A DNA stretch of 64,000 nt from Octopus bimaculoides (lineage: Eukaryota): contig NC_068984.1 of NCBI RefSeq assembly GCF_001194135.2, positions 61,695,633 to 61,759,632 of the forward strand, given 5' to 3'. A program made the translations under genes and the position numbers. Of the stretch, positions 49,052 to 61,145 are shown in pieces. The notes under the pieces were generated by a model, which saw only the letters and a list, made by a program, of their open reading frames with translations, was not told the origin of the DNA and did no database searches. Every line of letters starts with the position of its first letter. The stretch's first letter is position 1.

Positions 49052-50096
49052 TTAGTAAATATAAAGCCCTTTCTTACACTCAATGCTTTTTGAGTCAGCA
49101 GACAAAAGTTTGCTTTACCGGCTGTTTTAGAGGATTGAATGAATATTTCTTTAAAGTTATTGTACGATAGGGCATATCTAAATACAGAATGAGTGTACAT
49201 CGTACGCAATAGTAATTAACTTTAATGAAACTAGGTTTATTTGTTGCTTTCCGACGAGCAGCTGCTAGTCGATGATTGTCCCAAAACTTCGGTACCAAAA
49301 CAGGCGATGGGAATAGGGGAATTGTTGAAGAATAATTCCGGAGCACTTCAAAATATATATTGTAGTTCATGGCACCATTTTCACACACCTAGTTCAAGAA
49401 CATTTCAGATTCTTGATTAAGGATTAATCAATGCATATTATTGGTGTAACATATATAGTGATCGATAGGATATATGAAACATGACATGACAAAGCATTAT
49501 CATGTCCTACTTTTATGAATTGACTGCATACTTTTAACAAAATTTCGTTGTTCACTACGTTCGCTAATTATGCAAGGGGGAAATCAAACTATTGGAACTG
49601 TTCTAAGACTGAAATTAAAACAATGTTACAAAAGTCTTAATATTTCGCAAACGTTCCTCAAGGGATCAGTTTATTTATATGGAAAATAGTTCATAGAGTT
49701 AGCATTAAAAAGGGAAAGAAATAAAAGAAAATTACACCGATGCCAAGGGAAACAACAGTCAAGTTATCAATAAATTTGTGCAAATCTACGGGCATCTGGG
49801 TGCTTCTGGAGAATATATCATACATTAAGGAAAAATCTGATTCACGTTATTAGATTTATTCATTTACAAATTTCACTCAGATTGTCGTTATTAGGAGAAA
49901 CAAAGAAGTGTGTTTTTTAAGATTACGAATTTGTATGTCCATAGTACCCGATTGCAAATGATACTTCTGATTTCTTTAGGCGAGTAAGATCAGTAGAATA
50001 CTTCGCAATAATACTTGTTGAACTAATGCGATACAGTGAATGTTTTTCTATATTAGTTGTATGGTAACATGTATGGGTGACTTGTTTAATATGTAT

Positions 50097-50497
50097 ATGC
50101 AAATTTGCATTATGTGGATTTCTTGATTTATGTCAAATCGATATATTCCGTGTAGGGCGGAAGTAGCATCTTGATGAATAGTTCAAACCCTACAGGTCTA
50201 TAAATAGATTCGGTAGTTGGTGGGGAGGTCAGCCATAGAGACAAAAGAATCTTCGAATCTTTAGGTCAGCAAAGGTCAAATGTGTTTACTACTACTAGAG
50301 ACTACTGAGAGTGCTGACCTGCTGACCTTGCCCTTGAAAGAAGCAATTCACCATGTTCTAATTGTCATTACTGGTAGAGAAAACAATAATATTTATATAT
50401 GTGCTGACATTCACGTCGATGAATTTTTTAATGGCTGACGTGACAGCAGATGGACGTGACAGAGGTTGGACGTGTTCTTCGCTGCTCTGACCTGTCA
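50097..50497. promoter_or_regulatory. Dense cis-regulatory module (nuclear-receptor/Maf half-sites, octamer, MEF2, GC/ETS, ACGTG repeats)
   Basis: ATGCAAATTTGCAT 50097-50110; GGGCGGAAGT 50155-50164; CTATAAATAG 50198-50207; AGGTCA at 50226, 50263 and 50273; TGACCT at 50315, 50323 and 50488; ACGTG at 50438, 50454 and 50470. Confidence 0.6.
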
Positions 50498-50561
50498 GTA
50501 AATGAAGACACAGAAACACTAATACAACCCAGCAGGACAACTGAAAAACAACTCTCAAAAA
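50492..50561 (-). CDS. Candidate signal-peptide exon (phase 0 to phase 1): FLRVVFQLSCWVVLVFLCLHLLT(G)
   Basis: Acceptor ATATTTCAG| (or TTTTTCAG| further in), donor ACAG|GTCAGA in phase 1, matching exon 45615-45745. Hydrophobic stretch with no ATG inside. T-rich DNA gives hydrophobic translations by default, so support is weak. Confidence 0.3.
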
Positions 50562-50565
50562 CTGA

Positions 50566-51522
50566 AATATCTACAATTCCCTGTCAGTATTTTGAATTGC
50601 CTTCAAAATAAGTTAAGAAACTTAAATATGTATAGTTTTCGAACACATAAACGATCAACTTTAAAAACTCTAACATCTACAACTTCTGTGAATACCTATC
50701 CTTTCCTTTCTGTCTAAGTATTCGGAAAAGTAAACATCCTCTTGATTCTACGAACACTACAATTTTCTCTGTTCGGACAGACAAAAGATCATCTCCAGTA
50801 AATTTTAAAACCTTAAATCTATAATTGTCTGAAAATTTTACTATCCTTTTCTTTTCTTTCCTCTCTCCCTAAACATTCGAAAATATAAACATCCTTTTTA
50901 TTGCAAAATCTCTAGTCCTCTCTGCACGGGCATACAGACGAACATCTCTCAATAAAAGTTAGAAACTTTAATAACTCCAATTGTGTGTGCACATGTTATT
51001 TTTCCTTTTTCCCTGACTACCCGAATATGTAAACATGCTTTTTATTGTAACAACACAATTAAATGCAGCCCCCCCCCCCNNNNNNNNNNNNNNNNNNNNN
51101 NNNNNNNNNNNNNNNNNNNNACACAAAAAATTAAGGAGGTAAGGACCTGCCAATATATACATACTGCACAACTACAAAAGCTGTAAGCCACAGCAAAACG
51201 TTTAAAAAGAAATGAAACATTCCAAAAGAGAAAGAACTTTAGAAATTCAAAAATGCAACAATATGATCATCTCTTCCTCCTACTATTCCCAAAGACTGGA
51301 ATATCTACAATTTCCTGTGAATATTTTAAATTGCTCTGAAAATAAGTTCGGAATCTTACATACCTACAGCTTTCGAACACACACATGATCAGTTCAGAGA
51401 AAAAAACTCTAGTAACTACAACTTCTGTGAATACCTATCCTTTCCATCCTTCTTGAGTATTCGAAAATGTAAACATCCATTTCATTGCAAAAATACTACT
51501 GTATTCTCTAACTGGATAAACG
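50566..51522 (+). repeat. Diverged direct-repeat array (~225-240-bp unit; two full copies and one partial)
   Basis: 50566-50790 and 51299-51522 share AATATCTACAATT..CTGT..TATTTT.AATTGC..AAAATAAGTT..TTTCGAACACA..AAAAACTCTA..CTACAACTTCTGTGAATACCTATCCTTTCC..AGTATTCG.AAA.GTAAACATCC; a partial copy lies at about 50835-50910. Confidence 0.8.
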
Positions 51523-51622
51523 TTTCGCTGTCATTCCCAGGGCACCTATGACAATAGGTATTGTTTTAGTCTTCAGATTCCACATTTTGATAATTTCTAT
51601 TTCGAGATCTTTATATTTGCTC
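51523..51622 (-). mobile_element. R4/Dong-clade RLE fragment (subfamily C)
   Basis: Minus strand reads SKYKDLEIEIIKMWNLKTKTIPIVIGALGMTAK; preceded on its 5' side by (AAT)n. Confidence 0.8.
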
Positions 51623-51626
51623 TATC

Positions 51627-51899
<273 letters not shown>

Positions 51900-51951
51900 T
51901 ATTATTGTTATTATTATTATTATTATTATTATGATTATTATGATTATTATG

Positions 51952-51985
<34 letters not shown>

Positions 51986-53490
51986 CAAAAAGTATCAACA
52001 GTATCAAAAGCAATCTTATGCAAAATAAATAAAAAAACAGACTAAAACAAAAGCAACAACATCAAATAGTTAGAATACAAACGATGGTTCTTTTTCTTAC
52101 TTTCAGGTAGTCAATAATCTCTCACCTTCCCCCTTTGAATCGCTGAAAAATTTAGTTGTACCCATACTAAAATGCAGCTTCTTTGAAGAAGTTATCGGCA
52201 TGTAACTCTTATTCAGATTAGTATATCGATGAATATGTACAAATTTAAACTTGCAAATTATGATGTAAGATATTACATACACAGAATAGCGATTTGCTGT
52301 AAATCCTATTTCAATGTCCTCCACCTTTATTTTCCGCTCTTTGTGTTGTCCATAGAATAATGGTAATTATAACAAGAATTTGTAATTAACTTTAGAACAA
52401 TTAATATTCTTATAATTAAATACATTTCTAATTATAATTAATATAATTATAATTAATAAAATCGCATGTTTAGCGGTTTCTATCAATGTTCTTATAGATT
52501 GGTATTATTGTGTTAGATATAACTAATTAATCGTATTTATTCATATGGCTCACATTAGCTGACCCATGTAAACTATCTTCTAAAAGTTTTGAAGGCGTCC
52601 GCCACAAAAGAAAGAGATAAAAAGGATAAAAATGTACACGAGTACTTAAATGAACATGAAACAATCTACGAAGTGATATAAAGCTTAAATAAGATAACCA
52701 AATGTTGAATTTCTTCTAAATATTTAGGAGGACAAATAACAGATGCTCTATGTCTCGATGACTTCATTATATCAAAATTACTTAGCATTATATTTTAGTC
52801 TCAGTTGACGAATTGGCTATTGTAGCATTCGTTTTATAACTTAGCCTAGTGACCTGTCAGTTATCGACTTGCAATATACGAACAAAGAGATCAATCAATA
52901 TTTAGGTTCATCATATATTGAATTATATGGCATATTAATCGATATAGAGTACTCAATTAATGTAGTTTCACACAAAGCCAATGCATATGAAAACATCTAA
53001 AATTAATAAATATAAAATACAATATGTACCATGCCTATGTTTGTCTGTAAGTGCTGGAGTGAAAATCAGTTTATACTATTGTAAATACAAACGAAAATGC
53101 ACTTGGAGATATCTCCAATCATTTCTCGTGTCTGAAGGCAGTTTTACTGGTGATCACACTAAGTGTTAAAATAGCAAGTTATCAAATTCGAAACTGAACG
53201 TTAGGTAACTAATAATAATGCCTATTGTTTTAATAATTACGATATATTGTGAAATATTTCCCCTTTTATTTAGTTATAATGAATAACAACGTAATTATCA
53301 TGCACATTATATATTACATTCTCAGCAGTAATCCTGTTTTGTTATTAAATATAAATTAACTGCCATAAATATTTTTGGTTAGAAAATATTATAGTGATTA
53401 ATTTAATTAAACAAATCCCCATTCTTTTAAAAGCGTCGCATGTTATTCTCTATTTAAAATTTCATAAAAGAATGTGTTCTCAGCATTCCT

Positions 53491-53578
53491 TTCTTCTTCT
53501 TCTTCTTCTTCTTCTTCTTCTTCTTCTTCTTCTTCTTCTTCTTCTTCTTCTTCTTCTTCTTCTTCTTCTTCTTCTTCT

Positions 53579-53612
<34 letters not shown>
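53491..53612. repeat. (TTC)n(TTTC)n compound microsatellite
   Basis: Direct run. Confidence 0.95.
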
Positions 53613-53614
<2 letters not shown>

Positions 53615-53658
53615 TGAAATTTTTACCGCTGTCGAAGCTATTGCCGTTCTATTAATAA

Positions 53659-55262
53659 TCTATATATATAAAAATGGGAATGTGTGTCTGTATGTCTGTC
53701 TGTCTGTCTGTGTGAATCCCTAAAACTCGAGAACTACGCAACCAATTTCATTCAAATTTTACAGATGCCTTACTTAGGGTTCCAGTTGTGTTTTAGTCAA
53801 AAAAAATTTTAACTTCTTGCAGAGTTCGAGCCCACGGCAACATAATATCTCCTCCACTATTTAAGTATTACGTGTCAAAAGTGAAACAAAAACACTCATG
53901 TCAAATACTTTCACTTTTAAAATGAAACTATTCTACTAACTGAAACAATCACATTTTGATACTGTAATGACAGATACTTTCAGAGAGAGAGAGAAAGAGA
54001 GAAAGAGAGAGAGAGAAAGANNNNNNNNNNNNNNNNNNNNNNNNNNNNNNNNNNNNNNNNNNNNNNNNNNNNNNNNNNNNNNNNNNNNNNNNNNNNNNNN
54101 NNNNNNNNNNNNNNNNNNNNNNNNNNNNNNNNNNNNNNNNNNNNNNNNNNNNNNNNNNNNNNNNNNNNNNNNNNNNNNNNNNNNNNNNNNNNNNNNNNNN
54201 NNNNNNNNNNNNNNNNNNNNNNNNNNNNNNNNNNNNNNNNNNNNNNNNNNNNNNNNNNNNNNNNNNNNNNNNNNNNNNNNNNNNNNNNNNNNNNNNNNNN
54301 NNNNNNNNNNNNNNNNNNNNNNNNNNNNNNNNNNNNNNNNNNNNNNNNNNNNNNNNNNNNNNNNNNNNNNNNNNNNNNNNNNNNNNNNNNNNNNNNNNNN
54401 NNNNNNNNNNNNNNNNNNNNNNNNNNNNNNNNNNNNNNNNNNNNNNNNNNNNNNNNNNNNNNNNNNNNNNNNNNNNNNNNNNNNNNNNNNNNNNNNNNNN
54501 NNNNNNNNNNNNNNNNNNNNNNNNNNNNNNNNNNNNNNNNNNNNNNNNNNNNNNNNNNNNNNNNNNNNNNNNNNNNNNNNNNNNNNNNNNNNNNNNNNNN
54601 NNNNNNNNNNNNNNNNNNNNNNNNNNNNNNNNNNNNNNNNNNNNNNNNNNNNNNNNNNNNNNNNNNNNNNNNNNNNNNNNNNNNNNNNNNNNNNNNNNNN
54701 NNNNNNNNNNNNNNNNNNNNNNNNNNNNNNNNNNNNNNNNNNNNNNNNNNNNNNNNNNNNNNNNNNNNNNNNNNNNNNNNNNNNNNNNNNNNNNNNNNNN
54801 NNNNNNNNNNNNNNNNNNNNNNNNNNNNNNNNNNNNNNNNNNNNNNNNNNNNNNNNNNNNNNNNNNNNNNNNNNNNNNNNNNNNNNNNNNNNNNNNNNNN
54901 NNNNNNNNNNNNNNNNNNNNNNNNNNNNNNNNNNNNGTCAAGTAAATGAGACGCATCTTTGCCTCCACTGATTCACTTGCAAAGTGTTGAGTAAAATTAT
55001 TTCGTTGCAGATCTCCTTTGGGTCTTTTTATTATCACTGCGACACACATAGTCCCCAGTTGGTAACATTGATTTCAAGGCCCTCCTAGATGAGAGACTGG
55101 CATTCCACTTAATGCTATGTTCCATGCTGGCATGGATTGGAGAGTTATTAATGTAGAAATATGGTATCGTAGCTACTAACAGTTGAGGGTTGCGTAGTCT
55201 AGACGGCGTTTTTAGATTTCATTATTCTCTTTAACCCGGGCAAAGCCGGGTATTTCTGCTAG
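53659..55262 (+). mobile_element. Non-autonomous Helitron (separate family), spanning gap 54021-54937
   Basis: A|TCTATATATATAAAAATGG... 5' end; 3' hairpin ACCCGG-GCAAAG-CCGGGT (55234-55251) then ATTTCTG-CTAG|T. Inserted at an A|T site with no TSD. Linking the two ends across the gap is an inference. Confidence 0.75.
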
Positions 55263-58200
55263 TCTATAATATAATTATGCAGTGGTCTATGTTTCCAAGT
55301 CTTAACTTAAAAACATTATCAGTAACATAATCTTTTAGAGATATAACATTTAGATAGCTTTCGTTATTTGTAAGACGTTTGAGGGATAAGATGTGGAACA
55401 AAATTGAAAACAGATTATTCTACAGTGAAAATATAGCCGTAAGAAAATTGACAAAGTAGATAAATATCGTTAACATTATCAATGTCAATATATATATGTG
55501 TGTGTGTATGTGTGTGTGTTTGTGTGTGTTTGTGTGTGTTTGTGTGCGCGCGTGTGTGTGTGTATGCATGCATGCATGTATGTATGTATCTATGTATGTA
55601 TATATGCATGTATGTATGTATGTATGTTTAAATTTCAACTTATTAGAAAACCAGCAATGTATTTCAATCACTGATATTCTGGGTACAAGTCCAGTCATAA
55701 GCTATTTATGAGACGAAAATAATTATGAAACACTACTATTTGTAAGAATGTTATTTTTAGAAAAAATAAATTGAAATATATATATATATATATATATATC
55801 AAAATAAGCAACAAAGATATCTAGCCGTAATGCAGTACGATCTTTTCATTCAACTCCATGTAGTTGGACAATGTAATCATTACAACAATTTAAAATACAG
55901 AGCAATCTTCAGCTGCACGAAGACATGGAATTTAATTAAATTAGAACAGATGAACACATTAGTATACTAATACATAAAATCTCCCAGAGTTTAGGGAGAC
56001 ACACAGAGATCATCTTGCTTTAGCCACACCATGGAAGCTAATAAATAAAATGTCAAAGAAAACTCTGCTTGTCACTGATTTTATTTGTTTGTTTTTGGTC
56101 TAGATTTATAGACTATCATATCAAATGCATATGTTATTCTTCATCAAGAATGTTGTAGATGATAATTTTGAAATTTCGTCCAGCATGAGTAGAGGGTTGC
56201 TATATGTAGCCTACTGTACCATGCTATTTGTTCTCTACAATTATCAACTACGTTTCTTATAATTCTGGACGTGCCAAGCAGGCAAACTTTGAAACAGTTT
56301 AGCTTGACACTCTATTCCCATTTTCTATATATTTCTCTCAATATCGTTTAATAATGTCCTCAATGTCTTAATAATGATTAGCATCGTCTTCAAAATTTCC
56401 ATCCCTCATAATAAGCTTTGTTTCGTATTTAAGAGGATTGTACAACAGACGAACAACAGACACTAATTTCCTTGTGCCCTAAAATCCTGTTTTCTGTACC
56501 ATTAATTCTAAATTGCCGCATCGTTTACATTTTCGTACAGCAACTAAATTTCATTGCTTAAAAAAATGAAACGTATTGCATTCATTACATAAATTGTTAA
56601 AATTAATGTCAAGTTCACCAAAGAACTGGTTTCTTTTCCATTTGGTTGCTAAGGCAATTTCTGTTCGTATTGATTTCATATTCAGTATTATGATACACTT
56701 TTATAGGATAATTAATGCCACGAAAATTATTTTCCCTTTAAATCAATCAATAAAGAGTCATTAGCTATTAAGATTTGAAAACTTTGGGTAATTTTTGTCA
56801 ATCGTAAGCCACATAGATTCATACCATTTCCATAGTAGCAAGCCAAACATGAGAAGTCTTTTGTCTGCGAGAAATCACAGGTTGGCAAATATATTGAAAC
56901 AAGAAGCTGACGATGTGTTTTACTGTTTTACCCATACGAGATGCATATCGAATGCTTAAATGTTTGTTTTTTAAAATATTTAATTTGTATTGTGCTGTTT
57001 GTCGAATTAAATGCTTATTGAATGCTTAAAACTACAAAAGACGTGTGGTTTATTCTTTTCCACGTGTAGAATACAAATATTGACAACACCTATCTTCAGG
57101 ATGTTGATAAAATGTATTGTCATGCACAATATGACAGCTTCGAAATCTTGTTTCCTAACTGAGTGAAAATGATACTACTTTAAATATATATATATATTGA
57201 ATTCATATATTTCGCCTGAAACAAACTTCTATAACTTTACAAAAAAAAAAAAACTGTTTCTGGAAAAATTGAAATAACTCCAGCAATTCAGTTCGGAAAA
57301 CTACATTAATATACCAAATTTAAAAATTTCGATAACCTTTAATTTTCGAAAAAGATCCAAGAACTCTGCAAAAATAAAAACAATTTTTCGCTCAGCAATA
57401 TTATTAATTTTCTTTTGAATACTTTGGGCAATTAAAAGTATCGTTTAGGGAAGGATTTGAAGTTAGCGTGAAGAAATATTTCGCAGGATTAATTTTAGAT
57501 ATTGACATGAATCTCTGCTGCATTATACCGTATGATAATTATCTCCCAGCATTCTGTGCCTGCTGCTAGATTGTTGTGAGTTATATACTCATTATATCAC
57601 TTTGACTGAAGTGTATCGGTATAGCACTATGCAATTCTGTTGAACTGGATCTCTTCGAGGGATGAAGGATTTTTTTCCTGCAGAGGTTTATTAGTAAATG
57701 TTTCGTAAAGTATAGTGAGTGTTTGAGTTAGTCGTGAATATACAATCGGGTGACATTTAATTACATGACTTGTTCAAAAGCTTTCGCCTCTATATTATGT
57801 ATGACTCCAGGAGAACCGCTAATGTAAGGTTCGTTAATGACTGAGATATTAAATTTTCAACAGATTTCATATTTGAAGGAATATTATGGTTTCGACCTGA
57901 AACAGACGTCTTACAACACAATTATTACACAAACTCAGAATAAGGAATCATATTATATGATAGAATATCAATGAATTTAAATAAATGCCATATAACGATT
58001 TCAACATATCACACCAGGTGGCCAATAATTTAAATGCCATATACATTGAAACAGACACACTTATGTACATATTCATAATCATAATCATGCTTATGTTTTT
58101 ATACACCCCTCCACACACATATATATGTGTATCTATATATGTATTTATATACGTGGGAGATTATACATCACTGCATGTTTCATGCAAAATATATGAATTC

Positions 58201-58539
58201 AATATATATCATACTATCATACACATTGCAACGATTATAAAAGTAACTGATGAATAATTGATACCCATGTTATATTTCTATGAAGAAATTTTCGGCGTCA
58301 TAGTTTATCTTCAATTTTAATATATCCCTAGAGCATTGAATTAAACAACTGACATACCTTTCTAATTTTCTTCAATATATTAGCAATTATGTTTATGCGC
58401 TTGTGTGCATATGTATGTGTTTTATACATTTATATGCGTGTGCATATTTGGAAGAATATATATATATGTGCATACACACACACACGCACGCCTTCACCCC
58501 CCCCCCCACACACACAGACTAATGGTTTAAAAGAGTGTT

Positions 58540-59460
58540 GAAGCTACGCGTTGAATGCATAAAACAGCATGGCCGCTGCTTTTCCTATTCCCAAATAATG
58601 GAGGAAGGCAAATATCAAGGAAAAGGAAGCAATAATCTAGTCAGAAGTACTGCATCAGGATCACGAAAGTATGTCAAGAGATGTAGAGCTGGTATCCAGG
58701 GGAGCCTGAATAGAATGTGACGTCCTCAAAAGAAAGATCATATGAAAAAACCTATGTAGACTTTAGGCATCATTCTTCCTCTGCAGTTGGTGTATTACAC
58801 CTCTAAAGGACGCTAATGAAACTTGCATAGATGGAATATGAAGGTGAACCAGCTGTATAGACTGCGAGGAAAGGTACACTGCGGCACACATCTTGTTACG
58901 GCGCAAACAACACTTACCCAAGGGTAATACAAGTGGCGCCATGGCAAGGTCATAACACGATGCACGCTCACATTTTAGAACAGGAAAAACACATGAAACA
59001 CCAACAGCAAGGAAAGCAACGCCGGCAATAAAGTTCTTGAAGAGAGGAAAAATGACTATAAAGAAGTTTTTCCATGTCGACCAGATAACCTTGAGCCCGA
59101 ATATCGTTATGTGTTCTGAAAAGACAAAAAAAAAAAAGAAAAAATAATAATAATCGAATAATAATTGGGATCAAGCTTACGTAACCTAGAAAGAAGGGTA
59201 TAGCGTAGCCTGTGAATGGAAGCGTGCCTATTACCAGAGACTTTTTGAGAAATGCAGGGATACATTATGAATATCTACAATCGAGTTTGGCTGTAAGGGA
59301 TTGTCTGTCTACAAAAATGCTTACTACCATTAGAATAAGTGAAAACGAGCGAAAGGTATCTGTGCACAGTCTATTTGAGGCAGCAGGAAGGTCTTCTTGC
59401 TGGTCATTGAGCATGAGGCATGAGCAAAATCTTCATGTTGGTAGTACTTGAAACTGAGCG
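58540..59460 (+). mobile_element. HERO-clade (R2-related, RLE) non-LTR retrotransposon 3' remnant
   Basis: RDVELVSRGA*IECDVLKRKII*KNL...SCIDCEERYTAAHILL...KG..YKWRHGKV (CxxC-H finger plus QGRYxWRH motif); IEFGCKG; SVHSLFEAAGRSSCWSL (EAAERxSxWLW). Many stops. Confidence 0.75.
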
Positions 59461-59992
59461 TTGCTGATCGTATAAAGTCAAGGCCACAATTAAACTTTCG
59501 ATATCTGAGCGTTTCACTGTTCGTGGGGGTTACATACATAAACTAAGTAACACACACACATATACATTAAAGCACATCTGAGGCCTATCTCTGTTCCTGT
59601 GTGTGTCTGCCTCTGTCTTTAGACGTGTGTGTGCATGTGTGTGTGCCTCAGTCGTATCAAAATGTATGTATACTGACAGACACATTCACCGTCACGCACG
59701 TATACTTGTCAGTCATCGGCTTAACGTATGTAACAACACGCAAATACACTCATTTACAAAATGTGACGTCATCGTCGTTTAGGTGGTGATATAAAATGTT
59801 GTTTACGATAGGTGACTAAAAAAAATGATAATGTGAAGGTTTTGCAATACAAATATGTGAATGAAAATATAGTTTAGTTAGTAGCCAAAAGCTTACTAGA
59901 TCTTTCGTTGCCCTATACGTCAAAATCGGCAACTCGGTTTTGGAACCCATAAGGAACATACGCACACGCACACACACATACAAGCTCTCTTT

Positions 59993-60031
<39 letters not shown>

Positions 60032-61087
60032 ATGTATGTACGTTTATGTATGTGTGTATTGCACAAGTGAATACTTACTGTATTCATTTATATAGGAATA
60101 TAAGTTGAAAAGTGAAAAAAACCAAGCTCTACATATGTTAATATTCTCGCTAACATCCTCTAATTCCTTCGATAAGAAGAAAGCTCTTTGTATTTTTTAA
60201 TGATTTTAAGAGTGCTGTTCACATATGCTTTAAAAAATACGGTATTAGGACACCGTATTTGACAATAAAGGAGAAATCTGTATTCCAGTGATTACACTTG
60301 AAGGTTCATGTATTTATGAATTTATTGCAGTGTGATGGTGAACGAAATACCTGAGCATGAAGGTTATAATCAATGTTTATCAAACTAGTATTTCGAAAAA
60401 AGTCTTGCACCGTCCCCGAAACTTTACGCAGAAAACAAAATCTAAAATGTACAATATTTTTGAATAGGTTTGATATTTCCAAACATATTTACACAAACTT
60501 CGACCTACTCCACTCCGCTCGATATTTCTTCTTTCTTTGAGCAACGAATGTGATTTCTAATGACGGCAAATTTTAGTTTTTGACAGGAATACTTTGTAAT
60601 TGACTGGCACTTTTTGTTAAATTGTAATTTATGGACATCCTGTGAGAGTAAGAATAAATCAAAGTCATATCTGGATTTAAATTTGTCATATGAACCTGCC
60701 AGAATAGTCGTATTGAATTTATATATGAATATACATTCAAAAGGCCGCTAATGAAAAAGCGAATGAATACATATATAAAACATTCCCATCTGAGTAAAAA
60801 CACAACATACAATTCTCATTTATTTTATTGTCAGTTGAGACTCATGTCAAAGTAATATTTTCTCAAAGAAATATTTCTAAAGCTTCATGTTTATTGTTAT
60901 AATGAATAGCCCTTTCACAAAACATTTGCCCAGTTTAATTTTCTAAGGAGAACTGTTAGTTTGCCCCATTACATAAGTTTTACTCCGTTACTTTCATTTA
61001 TTTGATTTTTGCATCAGGTCTCAGTACTAGCAATTTAGCTTTAAAATTTAAAACTTCGCAAATATGTGCATGTGTTTGTGTTTGTGT

Positions 61088-61088
<1 letters not shown>

Positions 61089-61140
<52 letters not shown>
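61089..61140. repeat. (GA)n microsatellite
   Basis: Direct run. Confidence 0.95.

Positions 61141-61145
<5 letters not shown>

Noticed and set aside
52113-52170. Minus-strand AAG|GTGAGA donor with a short upstream exon (MGTTKFFSDSKGE), phase 1
   Set aside because: Phase-compatible with exon 45745 but no independent support; one of several equally possible donors.
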